From assembly GCF_001457595.1 (NCBI RefSeq), contig NZ_LN831039.1, positions 3,030,001 to 3,062,000 on the forward strand: a stretch of DNA of 32,000 nt, given 5' to 3'. Source of the DNA: Mycolicibacterium smegmatis. GTDB lineage: Bacteria; Actinomycetota; Actinomycetes; Mycobacteriales; Mycobacteriaceae. Of the stretch, positions 27,643 to 32,000 are shown piece by piece (position 1 is the stretch's first letter; each line of letters begins with the position of its first letter). The position numbers and the translations under genes are program-made. The notes under the pieces were generated by a model. The model had not been told where the DNA came from. It saw only the letters and a list, made by a program, of their open reading frames with translations, and searched no databases.

Positions 27643-28307
27643 GCAATGTGTACCTGATGACCCGCGCGGCCTACGTGAAGCTTTCGAGGCCGGTGGCCAA
27701 GGCGGCCCTGCGGGCCGGCCTGACACCCGACATCGTGACGCTCGCAGGCACCGCGGCGGCGGTCATCGGGGCGCTGACACTCTTCCCGATCGGGCAGTTG
27801 TGGTGGGGCGCGGTGGTCGTCTCGTTCTTCGTGCTCGCCGACATGCTCGACGGGGCCATGGCCCGCGAGCAAGGCGGGGGCACGCGCTTCGGCGCTGTGC
27901 TCGACGCCACGTGCGACCGACTCGGTGACGGCGCGGTCTTCGCGGGCCTGACGTGGTGGGCCGCGTTCGGCCTCGACAGCCCGTCGCTCGTCGTCGCGAC
28001 GTTGATCTGCCTGGTCACCTCACAGGTGATCTCCTACATCAAGGCGCGCGCCGAGGCCAGCGGATTGCGCGGCGACGGCGGCATCATCGAGCGGCCCGAA
28101 CGGCTGGTGATCGTCCTGATCGGCGCCGGCCTGTCCGATCTGCCGTTCTTCCCGCTGCCGTGGACGCTGCACGTCGCGATGTGGGTGCTCGCGGTCGCCA
28201 GCGTGGTTACGCTGCTGCAACGCGTGCACGCCGTGCGCACGTCACCGGGTGCGATGGAACCGCTGCACCCGGCCAACGGCGAGAAACCGGAGACGAGCGA
28301 ACCGTGA
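27639..28307 (+). CDS. pgsA: CDP-alcohol phosphatidyltransferase, phosphatidylinositol-phosphate synthase
   Basis: GTG at 27639, 222 aa; CDP-alcohol signature DMLDGAMAREQGGGTRFGAVLDATCDRLGD and SQVISYIKARAEASGLRGDGGIIERPERL. Confidence 0.95.
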   Translation: MSNVYLMTRAAYVKLSRPVAKAALRAGLTPDIVTLAGTAAAVIGALTLFPIGQLWWGAVVVSFFVLADMLDGAMAREQGGGTRFGAVLDATCDRLGDGAVFAGLTWWAAFGLDSPSLVVATLICLVTSQVISYIKARAEASGLRGDGGIIERPERLVIVLIGAGLSDLPFFPLPWTLHVAMWVLAVASVVTLLQRVHAVRTSPGAMEPLHPANGEKPETSEP

Positions 28308-29218
28308 CACTTTCCGGCCGCATCCCGCTCGGCGGGCAGGTGACGGACTTGGGGTATGCGGCCGGCTGGCGGCTGGTGCGCGCCATGCCGGAAGCAATGG
28401 CGCAGGGCGTGTTCGGCGCAGGCGCGCGCTACGCGGCCCGCAACGGCGGGCCCGAACAGCTGCGCCGCAACCTGGCCCGCGTCGTCGGTAAACCGCCCGC
28501 GGACGTCCCCGACGACCTGATCCGTGCGTCGCTCGCGTCGTACGCGCGCTACTGGCGCGAGGCGTTCCGGCTGCCCGCGATGGACCACGGCCGGCTCGGC
28601 GAGCAGCTCGACGTCATCGACATCGACCACCTGTGGTCGGCGCTGGACGCCGGGCGCGGGGCCGTGCTGGCGCTGCCGCACAGCGGGAACTGGGACATGG
28701 CCGGGGTGTGGCTGGTGCAGAACTACGGCCCGTTCACCACGGTCGCCGAACGCCTCAAACCCGAATCGCTGTACCGCCGCTTCGTCGAGTACCGCGAGAG
28801 CCTGGGCTTCGAGGTGCTGCCGCTGACCGGGGGAGAGCGCCCGCCGTTCGAGGTGCTCGCCGAACGCCTGACCGACCACCGGCCGATCTGCCTGATGGCC
28901 GAGCGCGACCTCACCCGCAGCGGCGTGCAGGTCGACTTCTTCGGCGAGGCCACCCGGATGCCCGCGGGGCCCGCGAAGCTCGCCATCGAGACCGGTGCGG
29001 CCCTGTTCCCCGTGCACTGCTGGTTCGAGGGCGACGGCTGGGGCATGCGCGTCTATCCCGAACTCGACACCTCGTCGGGCGACGTCACGGCGATCACGCA
29101 GGCGCTCGCCGACCGGTTCGCCGCCAACATCGCAACCTATCCCGCCGACTGGCACATGCTGCAGCCGCAGTGGATCGCCGATCTGTCCGACGAGCGCCGC
29201 GCACGGTTGGGAACCTGA
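28304..29218 (+). CDS. patA: Phosphatidylinositol mannoside acyltransferase (LpxL/HtrB-like)
   Basis: GTG at 28304, 304 aa; ALPHSGNWDMAG (HX4D motif), LMAERDLTRSGVQVDFFGEATRMPAGPAKLAIETGAAL; sits between pgsA and pimA. Confidence 0.94.
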   Translation: MTLSGRIPLGGQVTDLGYAAGWRLVRAMPEAMAQGVFGAGARYAARNGGPEQLRRNLARVVGKPPADVPDDLIRASLASYARYWREAFRLPAMDHGRLGEQLDVIDIDHLWSALDAGRGAVLALPHSGNWDMAGVWLVQNYGPFTTVAERLKPESLYRRFVEYRESLGFEVLPLTGGERPPFEVLAERLTDHRPICLMAERDLTRSGVQVDFFGEATRMPAGPAKLAIETGAALFPVHCWFEGDGWGMRVYPELDTSSGDVTAITQALADRFAANIATYPADWHMLQPQWIADLSDERRARLGT

Positions 29219-29219
29219 C

Positions 29220-30380
29220 ATGCGTATCGGGATGGTCTGCCCCTATTCGTTCGACGTGCCGGGTGGCGTGCAATCCCACGTGCTCCAGCTCGCCGAGGTG
29301 CTGCGCGACGCCGGGCACGAGGTGAGCGTGCTCGCGCCTGCCTCGCCGCACGTGAAGTTGCCGGACTACGTGGTGTCCGGGGGCAAGGCCGTGCCGATCC
29401 CGTACAACGGCTCGGTGGCGCGGCTGCGGTTCGGGCCGGCCACGCACCGCAAGGTCAAGAAGTGGATCGCCGAGGGCGACTTCGACGTGCTGCACATCCA
29501 CGAGCCGAACGCGCCGAGCCTGTCGATGCTCGCACTGCAGGCCGCAGAAGGGCCCATCGTCGCGACGTTCCACACGTCGACCACGAAGTCGTTGACGCTC
29601 AGCGTCTTTCAGGGCATCCTGCGGCCCTATCACGAGAAGATCATCGGCCGCATCGCGGTGTCGGACCTCGCGCGCCGCTGGCAGATGGAGGCGCTCGGTT
29701 CCGACGCCGTGGAGATCCCCAACGGTGTCGACGTCGCATCGTTTGCCGACGCGCCGCTTCTCGACGGGTACCCGCGTGAGGGACGCACCGTGTTGTTCCT
29801 GGGCCGGTACGACGAACCGCGCAAGGGCATGGCGGTGTTGCTCGCCGCGCTGCCCAAACTCGTCGCGCGATTCCCCGACGTCGAGATCCTCATCGTCGGA
29901 CGCGGCGACGAGGACGAGTTGCGCGAACAGGCCGGCGACCTTGCGGGACATCTGCGCTTCCTGGGCCAGGTCGACGACGCCACCAAGGCCTCGGCGATGC
30001 GCAGCGCCGACGTGTACTGCGCGCCGCACCTGGGCGGGGAGAGCTTCGGCATCGTGCTCGTGGAGGCGATGGCGGCCGGGACCGCGGTGGTGGCCAGCGA
30101 CCTGGACGCATTCCGGCGCGTGCTTGCCGACGGCGACGCCGGGCGTCTGGTGCCCGTCGACGACGCCGAGGGCATGGCCGCCGCGCTCATCGAGATACTC
30201 GAGGACGACCAGCTGCGCGCGGGCTATGTCGCGCGGGCGTCCGAGCGGGTCCACCGCTACGACTGGTCGGTGGTGTCCGCCCAGATCATGCGGGTGTACG
30301 AGACGGTGTCAGGGGCGGGGATCAAGGTGCAGGTCAGTGGCGCGGCGAACCGTGACGAGACGGCCGGAGAATCGGTCTGA
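29220..30380 (+). CDS. pimA: Phosphatidyl-myo-inositol mannosyltransferase (GT4)
   Basis: ATG at 29220, 386 aa MRIGMVCPYSFDVPGGVQSHVLQLAEVLRDAGHEVSVLAPAS...FLGRYDEPRKGMAVLL...CAPHLGGESFGIVLVEAMAAGT. Confidence 0.97.
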   Translation: MRIGMVCPYSFDVPGGVQSHVLQLAEVLRDAGHEVSVLAPASPHVKLPDYVVSGGKAVPIPYNGSVARLRFGPATHRKVKKWIAEGDFDVLHIHEPNAPSLSMLALQAAEGPIVATFHTSTTKSLTLSVFQGILRPYHEKIIGRIAVSDLARRWQMEALGSDAVEIPNGVDVASFADAPLLDGYPREGRTVLFLGRYDEPRKGMAVLLAALPKLVARFPDVEILIVGRGDEDELREQAGDLAGHLRFLGQVDDATKASAMRSADVYCAPHLGGESFGIVLVEAMAAGTAVVASDLDAFRRVLADGDAGRLVPVDDAEGMAAALIEILEDDQLRAGYVARASERVHRYDWSVVSAQIMRVYETVSGAGIKVQVSGAANRDETAGESV

Positions 30381-31435
30381 TGAGCCTGTGGATCGTCATC
30401 ACCCTCGTCCTTGTTCTGGTCGTGGCCCTGGCGCTGCTGGGCGGGTGGGCATACCGGACCGCCAACCGGCTCGACCGGCTACACGTGCGGTACGACCTGT
30501 CGTGGCAGGCCCTCGACGGTGCACTGGCGCGCCGTGCGGTGGTGGCGCGGGCCGTCGCGGCCGACGCCTACGGGGTCGGCCCGCAGGGCAAGCGGCTGGC
30601 CGAACTGGCCGACGTGGCCGAGCATGCGCCGCGGTCGGCGCGTGAGGCCGCCGAGAACGAGCTCTCGGCCGCGCTGGCCGCGGTCGACCTCTCGGCGCTG
30701 CCGGTGGCGCTGGTCGCCGAGCTCGCCGACGCCGAGGCGCGCGTGCTGCTGGCCCGGCGGTTCCACAACGACGCCGTGCGCGACACCCTTGCGCTCCGCG
30801 AACGTCCCGCCGTGCGCATGCTGAAACTGGGTGGAAGGGCCGCGCTGCCAACGTATTTCGAGATCGCCGAGCGACCCGAGGCGCAGAGCGATGTGGGCTC
30901 GCTGAGCCGTCGCACGTCTGCGCGCGTGGTGCTGCTCGACGAGACCGGGGCCGTGTTGCTGCTGCGCGGCAGCGATCCCGCACGCGAGGATCCCGACGTG
31001 CCCGCACCCCGGTGGTGGTTCACGGTGGGCGGCGCGGTGCAGAAAGGCGAGGACCTCGCCGAGACCGCGGCGCGCGAACTGTTCGAGGAGACCGGCCTGC
31101 GGATCGAGCCGTCGGCACTCGTCGGCCCCGTTTGGCGACGTGAGGAGATCATCGACTTCAACGCGTCGGTGGTGCGCAGCGAGGAGTTCTTCTTCGTCCA
31201 CCGCACGCAACGGTTCGAGCCTTCTGCGGTCGGGCGCACGGCCCTGGAGCGGCGCTACATTCACGGTCACCGGTGGTGCAATGCGACAATGATCGCCGAG
31301 TTGGTCGCCGGCGGCGAGGCCGTCTACCCGGTACAGCTCGGGGAGCGACTGGCCGAGGCCAACGACCTGGCCTCCGGGGACGCCCGGGTGCCAGCGCGGG
31401 AGAGCTCGCTCGGCGAGCTGCCCGCCATCCGCTGA
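30380..31435 (+). CDS. Nudix-domain hydrolase with N-terminal membrane anchor
   Basis: 351 aa; N-terminal TM (VIVITLVLVLVVALALLGGW), Nudix box GGAVQKGEDLAETAARELFEETGLRIE. Overlaps pimA stop (TGATG). Confidence 0.92.
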   Translation: MSLWIVITLVLVLVVALALLGGWAYRTANRLDRLHVRYDLSWQALDGALARRAVVARAVAADAYGVGPQGKRLAELADVAEHAPRSAREAAENELSAALAAVDLSALPVALVAELADAEARVLLARRFHNDAVRDTLALRERPAVRMLKLGGRAALPTYFEIAERPEAQSDVGSLSRRTSARVVLLDETGAVLLLRGSDPAREDPDVPAPRWWFTVGGAVQKGEDLAETAARELFEETGLRIEPSALVGPVWRREEIIDFNASVVRSEEFFFVHRTQRFEPSAVGRTALERRYIHGHRWCNATMIAELVAGGEAVYPVQLGERLAEANDLASGDARVPARESSLGELPAIR

Positions 31436-31505
31436 GAGACCGATCTCTACGGATTTAATAGTTTTGAGAGCTCGATTACACTGATTCAGTAGCAATTCAG
31501 AGGAG

Positions 31506-32000
31506 ATGGCAGTGGAAACCGCGGCGCAAAACGGTTCGAGCAACCAGACCGGGACCGCGCGCGTGAAGCGCGGGATGGCCGAGATGCTCAAGGGCGGCGT
31601 GATCATGGACGTGGTCACCCCTGAGCAGGCGCGTATCGCCGAGGCCGCCGGTGCGGTCGCGGTGATGGCGCTGGAGCGCGTCCCCGCCGACATCCGCGCG
31701 CAGGGCGGGGTGTCGCGCATGAGCGATCCCGACATGATCGAGGGCATCATCGACGCCGTCACGATCCCGGTGATGGCCAAGGCCCGCATCGGACACTTCG
31801 TGGAGGCCCAGATCCTGCAGAGCCTCGGTGTGGACTACGTCGACGAGTCCGAGGTGCTCACGCCCGCCGACTACACCAACCACATCGACAAGTGGAAGTT
31901 CACCGTGCCGTTCGTGTGCGGTGCGACCAACCTGGGCGAGGCGCTGCGCCGCATCACCGAGGGTGCGGCGATGATCCGCTCCAAGGGCGAGGCCGGCACC
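31506..32000 (+). CDS. pdxS: Pyridoxal 5'-phosphate synthase lyase subunit (partial, runs off the window)
   Basis: Open frame from ATG 31506 (or GTG 31512, which has better spacing to AGGAG at 31501-31505) to the window end: ...[58 protein letters not shown]...[15 protein letters not shown]. Confidence 0.97.
   Translation, partial: MAVETAAQNGSSNQTGTARVKRGMAEMLKGGVIMDVVTPEQARIAEAAGAVAVMALERVPADIRAQGGVSRMSDPDMIEGIIDAVTIPVMAKARIGHFVEAQILQSLGVDYVDESEVLTPADYTNHIDKWKFTVPFVCGATNLGEALRRITEGAAMIRSKGEAGT

Noticed and set aside
29094-30254. 386-aa minus-strand ORF antisense to pimA
   Set aside because: pimA on the + strand is unmistakable; the antisense frame is a GC-bias artefact. The same holds for 25805-26815, 26644-27726, 28034-29221 and 30479-31789.
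31435-31448. AGAGACCGATCTCT hairpin after the Nudix gene as a rho-independent terminator
   Set aside because: Only a 5-bp stem with a 4-nt loop and no immediate U tract; too weak to call.
1-32000. CRISPR array, prophage, transposon, toxin-antitoxin or restriction-modification locus
   Set aside because: No regularly spaced repeats, integrase/transposase, Cas, toxin-antitoxin or restriction-modification motifs recognised in any frame provided; inspection was by eye, so very small elements could be missed.

Overview
High-GC actinobacterial chromosomal DNA. Gene content and order in the right half (thrS - HIT - pgsA - PIM acyltransferase - pimA - Nudix - pdxS) point to a Mycobacterium/Mycolicibacterium-type genome; this is inferred from protein similarity and synteny, not from a database search. 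I recognise no rRNA, tRNA, CRISPR, transposase or prophage gene. Left third (about 0.9-9.1 kb): sugar-acid catabolic locus made of a mannonate/fructuronate reductase, a PfkB-type KDG kinase, a RspA/ManD-like dehydratase, a divergent FCD-type GntR regulator, two tandem MHS-family transporters and an L-idonate/L-gulonate 5-dehydrogenase-like enzyme. Together the enzymes could form a route L-gulonate -> D-fructuronate -> D-mannonate -> KDG -> KDPG. The two arms share an identical promoter/operator layout: TTGACA-N17-CTTGTATGTAAG on opposite strands at 4457-4491 and 5272-5306. Middle: a two-component system apparently co-oriented with an alpha/beta hydrolase, a secreted protein, oxidoreductases, and a four-gene OpuC/glycine-betaine-type ABC importer divergent from a polytopic membrane protein. 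A large imperfect hairpin (22 bp paired, 13039-13102) and two short palindromes (12270-12294, 22583-22601) lie in intergenic gaps. Right third: housekeeping and PIM-lipid genes. I see no clearly novel defence or mobile system; the best leads are the candidate L-gulonate/L-idonate regulon and the intergenic inverted repeats.
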